Below are positions 30,501-44,300 of a stretch of 64,000 nucleotides of DNA, one piece after another. This stretch comes from a virus. Its lineage: Duplodnaviria > Caudoviricetes. The stretch covers positions 32,001-96,000 of IMG/VR virus record IMGVR_UViG_3300031853_000009, one strand, 5' to 3'. The notes below the pieces were generated by a model. That model was given only the letters and a program-made list of their open reading frames with translations, ran no database searches and had not been told where the DNA came from. The position numbers and the translations under genes are program-made. Position 1 is the stretch's first letter, and the number at the start of each line of letters is the position of its first letter.

Positions 30501-31793
30501 ACCACGTCCATCGTCCTGTAATATATACCATTTTCCGCCAGACAGGTAATGCACTTTAAGAGTGCCGGGCATTGGTTCCGGTTTACAGTAGTACACATAG
30601 CTGAAACCCCTGTTACCTTGCAGTACTGCGATACTACCTGATAGTGCAGCTTGAGTGGCTGTTACTGCCGGTATATATGAAATAGTACCGGAGCCAGAGT
30701 TACTACTGACATTACTACCAAAGGTGATTATACCTGTAGAATAATCTATACTACCAATAGCTGACCCACTTCCGACAATATTTCCTCCTCCATCGTCAGT
30801 AAGAGTCATACCTCCGATTCTTAAATTGAGAGAGTTTCTTTGTACAGGAGTTCCAACATGGAACTGTCCATTAGGAGATACCCTGTAGGCTATGCTTTTA
30901 GTTATCTGCTCTTCACTATTAGCTGTAGTTCCTCCACTGGAAGTAGCCTCTACCGTAGTTCCATCTAAGGTCACATCTGTTACATTAGTAGTACTGGTAG
31001 TACAGGGGAGAAGAGGAGTTTGAATATCTTCTACTTGTACAATTAAAGAACCGGCAACTGCATCATCGGCTAACTTTTTAACGCCGTAGTAAGTAGCAGC
31101 ATCGGCTACCGTTGTAGTATAGATACAGGTAGCTAATTTAGAGTTATAACCAGACACTCCTTGAAAAATATCAGAACCTATGAAATCGTGTTCAAGGCGA
31201 GTGCTAATAGTTAGTGTAACTATCTTCTTTCTAAAGTAAGAGTTATCACCTGTAGCTAAGTTTTGAATAACTTCACTCATCTCTGCTATTCTGACGTACT
31301 GCTGAAACTCTTCCGCTGTACCTTGATTAGCTACAAGAACTAATACATCCCCAATTCTCGGCGCATCTACTACAGTAGGGCAGTGTATTGAGAGAGTATA
31401 AGTACCGGTAAAATGGTCATTACATAGTGCGGCTGTTAGCTGTGGACCTCTGGTCAGATAACTCTCCATTCTAGAACGAGCTGCCTTCCTCTGACTAAAA
31501 AAATCACCGTCAGAAAAGAAACAAACTGACACATTAGGGTCTTTAGCGTCTAAGGTCATCGCAGCATGAGCGCCGTAATAAGTACTACGGTCATTCGTCT
31601 CTACCTGCATATAGGCTTTACGCATACTAACACGTCCGTATGTCCTATCCATACGAGAGATGTCAGGAAAGAGATTATTCAATTCCCCTGACACTACTTC
31701 TCTATTAGTAATTTGCCCTCCGCCATAGTCTGTATCATCGAGGCGCTCGGACTGTCTGAGTTTTATATCAGTTCTATTTATTGGCATTATCAA
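27549..31793 (-). CDS. Large tail-tip structural protein
   Basis: DIKL..SERLDD..GGG..NNLFPDISRMDRTYG N-terminus; repeated GxIDYxTG motifs. Confidence 0.7.
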   Translation of the reverse strand: MIMPINRTDIKLRQSERLDDTDYGGGQITNREVVSGELNNLFPDISRMDRTYGRVSMRKAYMQVETNDRSTYYGAHAAMTLDAKDPNVSVCFFSDGDFFSQRKAARSRMESYLTRGPQLTAALCNDHFTGTYTLSIHCPTVVDAPRIGDVLVLVANQGTAEEFQQYVRIAEMSEVIQNLATGDNSYFRKKIVTLTISTRLEHDFIGSDIFQGVSGYNSKLATCIYTTTVADAATYYGVKKLADDAVAGSLIVQVEDIQTPLLPCTTSTTNVTDVTLDGTTVEATSSGGTTANSEEQITKSIAYRVSPNGQFHVGTPVQRNSLNLRIGGMTLTDDGGGNIVGSGSAIGSIDYSTGIITFGSNVSSNSGSGTISYIPAVTATQAALSGSIAVLQGNRGFSYVYYCKPEPMPGTLKVHYLSGGKWYILQDDGRGALKGESEEIGAGTVNFATGSVSLALGAMPDVNSTILLTWAKESRVYDISGGESKIEYDLEFTFTLQDQGIARSTFVCHWGDGAFGVKDDGHTNIKVATKNSSGWSATGDIVGTINYATGKVSFKPGTQQQIPSCLENFTIMYDYGPVEEHIFTEPPRAAGGVLNLQLPRDKYPIQKNSFEIEWHTLLQQYGTETSTSNIAVGDKRTVQIGPVDPTHIYEDEETSDPNIGHFKGESTDFSLLTTSQTDTLNEAIAAGTDLEEAAHPTVDNNLLSTVNYETGIITLKPDRVGFFPVPQYEWRETGNSWTEDGTQQVQTLYGVAEMPARILVQEQEYSFSHMDYKLAPCVFPINGWVKVKFRKRGDSTTHREYQEPAPRSFCIRPTYNVSLVPGSVNLKAGDIHLVDNGNGKLYYNIDGTNGIGQECGIIDYATRVVTITVDNVLTTSGSTANLDIRKIKVIKAAASSGIMPVSYVVFRLPGAPIVLNSVKITAKSVPFEDASDGEDIVGSSNELGGISGISNSEYGGGMEGSVDYRTGFCQVYFGRWVNTSTFTSMNASERPLWFENAVRSADGSQVWQPCSIIANTLRYSCTVASYIALDSGILGIDTIRLPIDGKVPVFRKGDVVLIHDTKERALGNLGTSTEILMGEGNLGDIAIYDKNGRFFPEVTGGAYCPTNAEDKRNYTVDLLNGKITTSNTLDFNVYDLPSTGTTPSGNPIYVQYEPPFRARYRIEDMCLCVDTQITGHLGLNQPLTHNYSKNTALVSSVLPCKDLQAAAYNEFTQGSWDDVWSNDARGSIKLGKYDFATYPIQVDNKGAIKERWLIRFTSAYNIDIIGETIGMVAQGLLLYTTGSGDPTKETNNGTGSTAGGTGGTSTGGTSSSGLDVESSLIGAAASRVTGQTQNGNGWYTAGGKFYLQAISRLTNRPYWCIAYDGFSTGWKAGDCIRFNTDAAGVPFWFVRTTLQHPAQEFTDKYQFLMRGDSI

Positions 31794-32332
31794 CCTCCTG
31801 ACGGAGCCTGTTCATTTGGTAAAACTTCCATGAACCTAATTGCGTTTATAATGTATAAAGCATCATTTTCATACTGATCAAAGTTCTTAACAAGAGTGTA
31901 CTCAAGGGCTGTATCCTGATGCCTAAACATGACCGTATATTCAAATGCAGTGGTTGTAGTATTAGTAGAAGAGTTTCTAGTTTCAAAGGTTAGAGTCATT
32001 TTTAGACCAGTAATATCTCTCATCGCTACCAGAATTTTCATATCCCCTCTATCAATCCAAGCCATATCATTATGCCCTACTAAGGTGATATGCCTTCCCT
32101 TCTTCTTTTTACTCTCTTGAATAAGAAAGTTACCCTCTACGGAATATTCATAGGCTTGAGCTACTGGGTCCCAAGAGAACTCATCTTGCCATATAAGCTC
32201 TTTAGGTAAATACACTGTATTATTATTACCTCCCAGCTCTGAGTAGGTTCCATTAGCTACGAGTTTATAATAATAGGCATCATGCCCAGCCATCTGCCTT
32301 CTTGTTGTAAAATCTGCGTCTCTCCAACTCAT
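31790..32332 (-). CDS. Distal tail (Dit-like) protein
   Basis: Directly after TMP; LPKELIWQDEFSW..GRHITL. Confidence 0.6.
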   Translation of the reverse strand: MSWRDADFTTRRQMAGHDAYYYKLVANGTYSELGGNNNTVYLPKELIWQDEFSWDPVAQAYEYSVEGNFLIQESKKKKGRHITLVGHNDMAWIDRGDMKILVAMRDITGLKMTLTFETRNSSTNTTTTAFEYTVMFRHQDTALEYTLVKNFDQYENDALYIINAIRFMEVLPNEQAPSGG

Positions 32333-35300
32333 ATCATACCCATCCGTGCTCTATCCATTGCGAACATAAAGGAATCTATAGTATCCTTTTCCCCTGTCAA
32401 TTCACCAATATGGGTATTATTCAAGGTTAAATCAAGAGCATAAACTGTCTTGTTCATTATTTTGTCTATAGCGCTTTCTTGTATCGGTGTACTCGCTCCT
32501 ACCATGCCGCCAGTAGCAAAAGCAGGTACTCTGAGGTTATTAAGGCTTTGCATAAAGTTTACGCCAAAGGTACGAACAGCCTTAGCTGACATAACAAACT
32601 CATTCGGAGACAAAAGAGACAAGACAGAATCAGTGTTAGCTTTAGCCCCTCTAGTGAAGGGAACTAAACCACCAGTAGCAAACTTAAATACACTACGCAT
32701 TCTCTTTATAATCTCTTCAAGAGAAGAGAGTGACAGTTTATCTAACTCTCTTGTACTCTGGGTCTGCGGTACACTCGCCGTAGCGATGGCTTCAGCTTTA
32801 CTCTTTCTAGCTGCGTTTATGGAAGCTGCCATCGCCTCTTTTGCGCTGCTGACAACTTGCGCAGTGTTATTCTTCAAAAGTCTGAGACGGTCAGAGTGCT
32901 GAACATTCGCCTGAGCAATGCTCTCCTGATTAGCCTCTTTCAACTCAGAAGTGCTCTTATCGTACTCTGCGTTTTCTTGCTGTACAAAGTTATCATAATC
33001 TTGTTTCAATTCAGCGAGTTTTTCTTTATGGGAAGTCTCTCTTTCATCTATAGCCTTCTTTCTTTCTATCAAGACCTCTTTTCTTTCTTCCTCTGCTTTC
33101 TGATTAGCAGCATTAAACTCTTCAGTCAGTTTTTTAATCTCTTTTGTGGCCTTGGTATCAGGATTATCCTCATCTTTCGCTTTCAAGTATTCATTCCTGG
33201 CTTGCTCAAGAGGAATAGTATAGTCAGAGTATAGATGCTGGAAGAGATAATTCACATAAGGAACATTCTGCTCAGGTGGAAGCTCTTGATAGCCACCAGT
33301 GAGCCTCTCTATAGTATCTAGATAAGCTGTCCGCCCATGTGACTTTTTAACAGACTCTAAATACTCATCTATAGCCCTATTATAATAGTCAGACTCTTTC
33401 TCTGCGCGATAATTAACATCTGACTCAGAGTAAGATGAGTCTAAACCCTTCATGTAGGTAGAAACAAGAGCCTCTATCGCACTTCTTTCAGAAGCGGTCA
33501 TCTTCTCAAGACGAGTAGCGTAAGACTGGACTTTATCTCCAGCGCTCTCTGACAGAATATCTGCGGTCTTAACTAAGCCGCCAAGATCAATTATGTAACG
33601 CTTATCTGATCCGTACTTCTGCTTTGCGTATTCCGCATGGGCTGTAATAAGTTCTTCAATACTAGCATTCTCGTGTCCAGCAAGACCTACAGGGTATTTA
33701 TCAGAGTGTAACTGATTCCTAAAGTCTTGGAGAGCGGCTTCCTTTTCTGTCAAAGTTTGTTGCTTAGAGAGTAGATCGGCTTCGTAACTTAAACGCTCCT
33801 CTTCGAGATTATCTTTAATCTCTTTTATGGAAGTGTCATAGCTCTCTTTGCGTTCCTTCTTGCTAGTTTCGTACTCTTCGTCTTCCTTCGTGTACTTTTT
33901 CTCATCGGCGTACACTTTCTCATCGTACTCAGCATTTTCTTCTCGTACACTCTTATCGTATTCAGTTCTCTTTTCTTGAAGCCTCCTATTATGCTCGCTA
34001 TTAAGACGGCTGACTTCTTCCGTGTACTGTCTATGAAGCTCTGCGAGATTTTGCTGAAGCTCTTCAGAGAGAACAGTAATTTGATTCCTTTCATCTCTCA
34101 AAGCTCTAGCAATAGTTGTGTTGCCCGTCGCCTGTGCTCTAGCAATGGATTTAGAGTACTCGTCAGCTATCGCTTGAGCTTGCTGAGCATTCAAAGCGGC
34201 ATTTTGTGGTGTACCACCTGTGACAAAATGACTGATACCTGCTTCTATATTCTTTGCCATCATTCCGATAGCTTGCAGACCTATAGGAGAAGTAAACTCA
34301 TTCGCTGCTTGTTCGAGCTTTGTACTAACATCCAGATTATTCACGTTCAAATTTATATCGGAACCTGCAAAAAGTTCCTCTAGCTTACGCTTAGTAGAAC
34401 GAATGAGTCCACCATTGGCATATTTCTGGACAAAACCTACAGTGCTGCCAACGATGCCGCCATTGGCGAACATCTTGGTAATGCTGGCAGGGATTTGTAG
34501 ATTATTGAGTTTATACATAAAGTCCACGCCGTACTTTTTGACTGCTGCGGCTCTATGCACAAACTCATTCTTCATAAGAAGAGCAGGTACGTCATCTTTA
34601 GTGCCTGACCCCTTGTTAATAAACCTAGACTGTAACCTCGGATACTTAGAAAGGATAAGACCGCCTGCCGCTTTTTGCTGTGTTGAAGATTCAGTAGCCA
34701 CATTTGTTTCTTGTACTACCACATCAACTCGTATTTTATTCGGAATCTCTTTAATCTTCTGTATAATCTGAGTGAGTCCTGCTGTAGCCCTTGTAGTATC
34801 TGCCTGTACAGTCACGTCAGCCTTGAGCTTATTGAAAGAAGCTACTAACTCTGTCACCTCTTTTCCTATTTCTTCTACTCTTTCCGGGGCTACCTCTACG
34901 TCCACTTCTATAGTATCTAGGCTGTTCTTGAGAATACGAATAGCATCACTCAATGTAGTCTGTAGCGCACTTGCAATAGCATTAGCTGTACCGTCCTTAG
35001 AACCAAGCTGTTTGAGTTTATCTTCCATATCTTGACTAAAGGATGTCAATTCCTTCTTAAGTTCTTCTATCGTATTCTTATAAGCAGAGTTGATATTAGT
35101 TGCACTTTGTTCACCTGCCTTTTGCGTACCCTTGAATGTAGCTTCTAACTCTTTAAGCATGGCATCATACTGTTCTTTATCGAGACCGTACTCTTTAAGT
35201 ACCTCTTGTGCACTCTTTTTAACAGAATCATCTCCTTGTCTAGCGCTATTGACCGCCCCTTGCCATGTGCCATTTTCATTTGTAGGCAAACCTGCTTCTC

Positions 35301-38300
35301 TTTGACCAGCAGGAACAGTCTTCTCTTGTGCTTTTAAGACTTCTCCCTTTGATATTTGTTCGTTATAAACTGACATTAACTCTTTAGCGAGTTCAATCTG
35401 TTCACGAATCTTCTCAGCCTCTTTCTCAAGATGACTCATAGCTAACTCATGTCTGCCATTTTCAGCAAGAAGAGCTTGTTCTGCTGAAGACTTAAGAACT
35501 TCTAGTCGGCGCTTATCTTGTTTTAACTCTCTCTGGAATTTTTCCTCCTCTTCCTTAAGTTCTATCTGCTTCTGAGCTTCAAGAATTTGTTTTCTGAGGT
35601 CAAAGGCTTTTTGTATATCTCCCTTATACTTACCGGGTTTTTCGGACCCCATTAGAGTACTGGTAGCAGACTGCAACTGATTAAACAAGGCTTCAAGTTC
35701 TTGCTTATCCCCTTCTTCTACAGCCGCCGCGATACTTCCACTGGCCTTCTTAATCCTTTTTTCTGCTCTTTGTGTTTTCTTTTTTTGGAGCTTTTTGCTG
35801 TTACCCTTAGCCTCTATAGTATCCATAGTATCTTGCCTTTCGTCTTCAAGGGCAAGAGCTTTAGCATCGTACTTCTTAATAATATCTAATTTCTTCTTTT
35901 CGTACTCTTCTTTTTTCTTAAGCATAGTCTGCTCAAGAGTTTCTCTTTTCTCAGCAGACTTAATAGCGATAGAGTCAACCTTATCATAATGCTTTCGTAC
36001 TTCTTCTGCTACTTTGCTCGTAGAGGAGAAAACAGTATCGTTTTCTAAATCAAAACCTTCCGCAATAAGTTTCTTTCTCTTCTCTACTTCTTTTTCGTAC
36101 TCAGCTGTAATAGCTGCCTGCTGATTCGCATTAAAGTCGCCAAGTGGATTAAATTTGAAAGATTCCCCTTGCAGCTCTTTAAGTTTTTTCTCGGCTTCAT
36201 ATACAGCTTTAGTCTGAGCCTCTATTCCTTGGCGTGCAGCTTTCACAGCGTCATAAGTACTCTTTTCTATTTCTTCTTCAAGCCTTACGATCTGCTGAAT
36301 GTTTTGTGCTTCATCTAACTGTTTGAGAGCTGCTATTTGCTCTTTGCGAGATTTTATAATCTCATCATGGTATTTAACAGAAATCTCAGCCTTCTTAAGT
36401 TCAGCCTTTTCGTGAGAGACGACACCTTTTGACTCAAGAGCAGTTACTTCATGCAAAGCCTTCTCTTGCCGATGTTTTCTTTGTTCATTGGCCTTTTTTT
36501 CTTGATTAGCAATAGCATCTCCTTGCTCCTTAGCTAAAAAGAAAGCAGCCTTGGCGTTTTTCTGGTCAAGCTCATGTTGCGCACGATAGCCTTCTTCTAC
36601 TATCGATTTTTTCATTTCTTGAATCTTTTCTAGGGCTTTCTTAGTTTCTTCATTGTCTGCCCTATAGCTATCTTTTATCTCCTTCTCGTAGCGTAAAATG
36701 TCAGCAAGTCTGGCAGCCATATACCTAACATGAGCTTCTTGCTCTTTAGCTCGTGCCTCTTTGAAAGCAAGACCTATTCTGCCTTCACTCTGTTTATAGG
36801 CGTCCTCTTGAATTTGGATGCGATTCAACTCGGACTGAAGAATAGTATCTCTACGCTTCTTATTCTCCTTCTCTTCTTTTGTGATTTCCTCCATGCGAGT
36901 ACTGATAGGAATAGCGGACCTAACCACTTCTTTAAGTCTCTCTGCCGTATCCTCTCTTAGTTTGCTCACATCAGCCTCAGCCCCTATCTCAATCTGCACT
37001 TTTTTCTTTGAATTATCTTTAGCAAGTCGATCTATTTCTGCATTGTACTCATTCCAGTTTATACGGTTTGCATTGTAACGATTCTTGACATCTTCCGATG
37101 CGGCTTCATAAGCCGAGTCACTTGCTTTAGCGCCCTCTTTTTCTCTAGTCCGTACCCTTTCTATTGCCCTATTGGCACTCTGTACAACACCAATTCCGCG
37201 CATCAAAGCAGCTATACCGATAGTCGTATTACGCTGTTTAAGAAACTCTTCGTTTACTTTTTCAAGCATTGAATTTAGCATACGGTACTGCTGGGTTAGC
37301 TCAGCAATCTTTTTACTTCTCTCTTTTTCATCCTCTATACTCTCTGCATCTTTTAGCTTATTATTATATTCTTCTCGCAGAGTAATAAGAGCTTGGTTTA
37401 ACTTAATAAAACCAGCAAATGCCTCTACAGCGGCTTTTTTATCCTCTTGGCTTATCGTTACTTTACCAGATTTACTATTTTTAGTGGCGCTCTCAATAGC
37501 AACAGCGGTCTCCTCTATCTGTTCTCTAAGCGCTTTAGTATTTACCGATATTTTACTTATTCTGTCTTTCAATGTATTAAAAGCCTGATCGTCTCCACCT
37601 CCCAATTCATCAAAAATAGATACTACTCCTTCTCCTTTTATATTTACATTCTTTATAGCTTCTTGTAAGTCGTGTGCCAATACACCAGAAAACGCCTTAC
37701 TCATATTAGCTTCTTGCAAAGACTTAAACTGTTCTTCTATTGCCTGAAGTTCTTCTGTCTTTAACTCACGATTAGCTTCCGCTAATTTCATAACCTGTTC
37801 TATAGGCGTATGTAGAGAAATCTTGCCTAGACTCAACATATTGTTGATGTATTTTTCGGCTCCTTGTGTAATCGTCGCGAAACGATCTCTAGCCTTAGTG
37901 TACTCTTCCATACTCCCATACATCTTTGACACAGAAACTTCGCCTATAGAAATATCACTCAATAGCTGCTTTAACTGAGAATAAGTTAAATCAGCATAAT
38001 CCCATTCTCCAGTAAAATCATCGAGCACTACTTTAGTGGCGTATTTTTCCTTAGCTTCAGTTGTAAGAGGGCCGCCCATCCAACCTCCAGTTTTTGTACT
38101 TTTTCTAAACAGCTTACCGGCTGTACTCAACTCTTGGACAGCTTGTACCACAGCAATTTCTCTCAACTTCTGCCTATAAGCATCAAGAGCAGCGCCCCCG
38201 TCAGTAAAAGCGTCGTTAGTTTCGTTGATAGCAGCCACTAATGCTTGAAATTCCGTCTCCGCCCCTAATACCGCTCCACCGTTATCCCTTATAGCCGCAA

Positions 38301-41300
38301 ATACCTCTTTAATCGCATTTGCGTACTCTTCAGTTCCAGCTTGTAGTTTAGTTATTTTATCTAAAGCGTCTGTGACACTTTTTGACTGATTATTGATTTT
38401 ATCTAATTGCTCACTGACTTTCTGGAGGTTGTGTTCAAGTTTCTCAACTGTCACTGTAAGAAGGTCAAAAGCAGTAAGCGCCAATAGAGGAAGGAGAGCT
38501 ATAGATAGAGTTCCAACTACACTGCCTAAAGTTCTGAGTGCCATCTCAAGCCTAGTAACACCGGGAACAACTTGACTTACTTGCTTAAGGGACATAGCTG
38601 TGTGAGTTAAACCTGTATTTACAGGCTTTATAAACTGCGGAGCTTGTACATAAGACCTACGCAATGCTTCAAAATCTTTCGCAGTAGCGGTAGTTGTGTA
38701 CTTTAAGTCGCTAAAATTCTGCTTTAGACCACTTATGCGTTTAGTAAAAGTTGGGAATAAAGTAACAAGATAAGAGACAGCAGCAGTTAAAGGACTAAAC
38801 ATAACTCCGCCTATCGCCCTCATAGCCCATAGTGCCTTAAAGGCTACAGTCAGGGAACCTACAGCTGCAACTAAAGCAATTAAGCGAATCGCAAATTTAC
38901 CGGGTATGGACTCATTCAAAGAATTTATAAAGTTAATAGCACCAGATAATACATTAACAAAACCACTAAGTATAGCCGTTAGGCCATTTTCTCCTAAAGT
39001 AACAGCTAACAACTGCGCTCTATCAGTAAGGTTCTTCCAACGAACATACAAACCTTCTTGCTGTTTCGCAGCCATTTCAGCAGCAGAGCCAACCCTAGTG
39101 ACAGAAGAATACAGCCTGTCATAGTCTTTGATGCCGTTAGTCAGAGACAAAACAGCCGTAGCGCCGCGTTTACCAAAGACATCCAAAGCTACTTGCGAGT
39201 CACGAACTACTACACCTAGATTAGAAAGAACGTCCCTAAAACTATTAACACGAGGGTCGAGGTCTGTTAAAGAGACACCCACCGTTGCTGCTGCTTCCGC
39301 TAGCTTTTTAGATGGGCTTAAAATCGTACTTAAGACGTTACGAAGACCAGTACCAATAGTAGAGGCTTTTTGACCGCTATTAGCAAGGAGCATCATAGCC
39401 ACGGCTGACTCTTCAAAAGAGATATTAGCATCTCTTGCTACCGGGCCTATGTAGTTAAAAGCTGTCCTAATCTTATCCATAGTGAGCTTGGATTTATTGA
39501 CAGCATTAGCAAACACGTCAGATACTCTCGCTGAGTTATTGGATTCAATCCCAAATACGACCATCGCAGAAGTAACCAAATCCACAACAGTGCGCATATC
39601 AGTCAAAGTACCAGTAGCCAAGTCAGAGATACTCTGCATCATTTGCATACTTTGCCCTGCGGTAAAACCAGCCTGTGCGATCATAGTCATACCGTCAGCT
39701 ACTTCTTGAGCAGAAAATTTAGTGGTGCTGGCGATCTCTTTTACAGTCACTCCCAGCTTAGCTATGGTCATGTCAGTAGCACCGGTGATGCTTTGTACAT
39801 TATACATAGCCTTCTCAAACTCTTTGATATTCTCAGGAATAGACTGTATCCAGTTAGTAATCTGATTAAAGACGTTACTAATTACTCTATACTGTAAAAA
39901 CGTTTTTACACGCTCTTGGAATTTAGTAAGAGGAGCGTCCACATCTTGCACGCTCTTGCCAAAGCGAGCAAAAACAGAAGTCGTATTATTTAACCTTCCT
40001 TCTACTGCACGGATAGCGTGTTCACAAACAACCAGTTTAGCAGTTAAGGCGTCTATAGCGGTTTGAGGCACATTCAAATTCAGAGTGTGCATAGTTTTGA
40101 TGAGATCAAGAAACTTCTTAGAGAAGTGCTCAATGTTCACCTTATTGATTGCTTCTATACCTTTAGCAAAACCAGCAAGATTGGAAGGCAAAGTAATCCC
40201 GGTAAACTTGCTGAGAATAGTAGCAAGGTCGCTAAGGTCTTTCGCCAGATTCGGACTAATTAACTCTCCGGTAGATTTCTTTGAAAATGAATCTAAAGAG
40301 TGCAAACCATCAGCAAAATTCTTGAGCTGTGGCGCTCTGAATCCGTTAATTACTTCAAGACCGCGTTTAAGAGTCTCCATATTTTGAGGAAGCTGCTGGT
40401 TTACAGTGGCTATATCATTCAGCCTCTTAAGACCATCCCCCAAATTCTTTATGTTAGGAATATCAAAGTTCTTACCTTCAAAACCTTGGAGGGCAGTGAT
40501 AATAGCGTTTATATTCCTCCGCATATTGTTTATATGAACACTGCCTTCCCTATTTCCGTGCTGTAAAGAAATCTCATTAAGAGTTTTGAAGCCTTTTGCA
40601 AGACTATCCAAATTAGGTAATGTTATTGGCTTACCTTTGTTAGTTAGCGCATATAGATCGTTAAAAGACTTAAGCGCATCCTTAATCTCTTTTATGTTAT
40701 TTCTAAAGGCTAAAGTATCTAAATCTTTCGGCTTAAAAGTATTTAGAGAATTATAAGCATCAGCCAGATTTTTAAGATTAGGAAGTCTAACCTTAGAAAG
40801 TTGCTCAGAATGCTCACTTAAAGCAGAAGCAATAGCTGCTATATTAGCCTTAAAGCGTTCTCCAACTTTAGTACTATCTGTATCTTTAGGAATCTTGTTT
40901 AGAATAGTAAAAGCATCGGCTATATTCTTAAGGTTAGGAAGTTTAACTACTCCTGTCTCTTTTAGCTGAGTAATCGCATCCTTTATAACCTTTACATTTT
41001 CATTTACGGCGAATACAGTTTTCTTAGTGCTAATGATAGAAAACTCCCGCAAAGTATTCTCATTAAAGATTCTAAAAGCGTCAGCGATATTCTTTACATT
41101 AGGCAGCCTTACTTTATCGAAATCTTTTAACTGATCAAGTGCATCTTTTATAGCAATAAAGTTATCGTTAAACTTGCCAGTAATGACTTTATCAGACTTA
41201 GGTATAGTATCAAGAATCCTAAAGGCTTCTGCTATATTCTTAAGATTTGGAAATTTAATATCCTGTAATTCAGCATCTCTCTTAAATGCACGCAGTTGTT

Positions 41301-44300
41301 CCCATACTTTATTCAAATTTTGAACAAAGTTATTATTCTTGTCATCTTTAACTTCTATATTGTTGAGGATTCTAAAAGCATCAGCTACATTTTTAATGTT
41401 AGGGAGTTTAACGTCCTTTAGAGTTTCATTAGCAGACTGAAAGGCTCTAGCTATTTCGTCAACATAATGTTTTACTCTTGTAGGAGTACCTTGAGCATCA
41501 GGGACTGTCTCAAGTTTTTCTATACTGTTAAGAGTCTTAAAAGCATCAGAGACATTTTTAAGATTAGGAATTTTTATAGTACTAAAATCAGTTGTAGCAA
41601 AGGCATCTTTCAGTGCTCTGAGATTCTGAGCTACTCTAGTTACACGCCCTTCTCCTTGTATATTAACACGCTCAAGGACTTCGCTATTAAGGGTCTTAAA
41701 AGCATCAGCAATATTCTTTACGTTAGGTAGCTTAATACTATCCCACTTAAACTGTGGGTCAGTAAGAACATCATACAGAGCTTTGATGTTTTCTTTAATA
41801 CGGGTAACTCTATTTATAGCATTGCCGTAATCGTCCACTCCTCCGCCTCTAATAACATTCAAGAACTCATTGTTAAATGTCTTAAAGGCATCAGTGATGT
41901 TTTTAAGATTAGGAATCTTATTAACTTCTTTTCCACCGAGAGCTTGAAGTTTAGTTACTGCCTCTGCGACTGCATCGATGTTTTTAGTTATGTTGGAAAT
42001 AAACTCTCCTTTCCCTTTCTCTTTAGTCCAAGTATTAGAACCTGCAAGGACGTTTTCATTAAGAACCTTAAAAGCCTCTGCTATACCTTTAAGATTAGGA
42101 ATCTTGGGTGCGCCTTCTGCATTTAGCTCTTGTAATTTTTTAATATTCTTTTTAAGTTCACTTATATTAGTGTCTATATTGGAGACAAACTTCCCAGACT
42201 TCTTGTTTTTAGTCCAAGTACTACTACCAAAAAGAACACTTTCATTCAATACTCTAAAAGCATCAGAGACATTTTTAAGGTTAGGGATTCCAGGCATTTC
42301 TTTACCACCGAGAGCCTGAAGCTCGGTAATAATATGCCTAATAGTAGCGAGGTTATTAAGCCAATTAGGATTTATTACATTCCCAAAATCATCAACAGTG
42401 CTACCTTTGATAAAAGTGTCATTTAGGACCTTAAAGGCATCAGTAACATTCTTAAGATTCGGGATACTCGGAGGTTTAACACCATCAGTTACTTTATTAA
42501 GTTTTTGTAAACCTTCGATGGCTTCTTTAATTTTTTTGATGTTCTCATCAAAGTTATATACAGTCTTAGCTTTACCCTTCTTATCTACTTCAGAGTATCC
42601 TTTAAGAATATCTTCATTAAAAGTCTTAAAAGCCTTAACTACATTAGAGAGATTAGGAATCTTAGGTGCGTCCTTCCCGCCAAGAGACTGAAGTTCCGTA
42701 ATAATATGCTTAACAGCGGCAAGGTTGTTAAGCATATTAGAGTATTGATTACCAAAGTCATCAGTAAAAGTACCCTTAAGAGTAGTATCGTTAAAAGTCT
42801 TAAAAGCAGTAGTTATATTAGAAAGATTAGGAATCCTATTGACATCTTTACCACCAAGAGACTGAAGTTCAGTAATAATGTGCTTAATAGTAGCTAGATT
42901 ATTAAGCAGATTAGAATGCTGACTACCGAAGTCGTCGGTAAAAGTACCCTTAAGCGCGGTGTCATTAAAAGTCTTAAAGGCAGTGGTTATATTGGAGAGA
43001 TTAGGAATCTTATTGACATCCTTACCACCAAGAGCTTGAAGCTCCTTAATAACGTGCTTAATAGCAGCAAGGTTATCGAGCATATTAGAATACTGATTAC
43101 CATAATTATCAGTAAATGCCCCTTTGAGAGTACTCTCATTAAATACCTTAAAAGCAGTAGTTACACTGGAGAGGTTAGGAATATTGACCTTGCCCACTTC
43201 AGACAATTTAAGAAGAGCATCCTTCAAGTACTCAGCGTTCTGCTGTACTCTCGTAATAGTCTGTCCTGTCCAATTACCTTTACCGTCAAAGAACCCTTCC
43301 TTTCTAATCTTCTCATTAAACGTCTTAAAGAAAGTAGTAACAGAAGAAAGGCTAGGCATAGCTCCGTCTGCCTTTTTGCCTAAAGACTGGAGCGTGGTGA
43401 TAACCGTAACAAGATGATTAAGGTTGGTCAGTATGTTCGAATACTGATTCCCGTAATCATCTGTACCCTTTCCCTTTAAGGAAGTATCATTCAGCTCCCT
43501 GAAAGCAGCCATAACCCCCTTAAGACTGGGAATCTTGGGAGCTTCTTTTGTACCAACAGATTGTAGGGCTGTATAGATAGCCTTAATAGCATCTATGTTC
43601 TCATAAATATGCCGGACGTTCTTTGGACCTCCTTCAGACAAAGAAGAGTATCCCTTGAGAACAGTCTCGTTCAATTCCTTAAAGGCTGCCATCACTCCCT
43701 TAAGGCTAGGAATCTTAGGCACATTGTCTCCACCCAGAGCCTGCAAATCTGAGATAGCTTTCTTGATAGTTTCCATGTTATTATGGAAACGATAAATAGA
43801 CTCAGACTGCAATCCGCCTTTACCCAACTTCCAAGACTCCTCTAGCTTCATAAGCGGAGAGTTCAAATCCTTAAAAGCGGTGACAATACTCTTAAGGTCA
43901 GGCATCTTAGGGGCATTGACATTCAGGTTCTGCAAGTCCTTAATAGCCTGCTTAATAATATCCATATTATTCTGAAGACGAAATACGGATTCAGAGCCTA
44001 TACCCATCTTGCCATGACGGAAGACTTCCTCAGTCTTCAGGGTAGTGTCATTCAAAACTTTGAAGGCGTCTGCTATATTCTTCAGATTAGGGATTCTGCC
44101 TTTTGAAGAATCAGAGAGGTCTCTGAGTTTATCAAGACCCCTTTTCAGCTCATCTATATTCTCTTGTATCTTTGTAGTAGTCTGTTTGGTATCAATAGAA
44201 GACTGACCACCGAGTACAGACTCGTTGAGGGTCTTAAATGCGTTAGAGATTTTAGTAAGATCAGGAGTCTTAACTCCATCTAGTTTTTTAACTGCATCTA

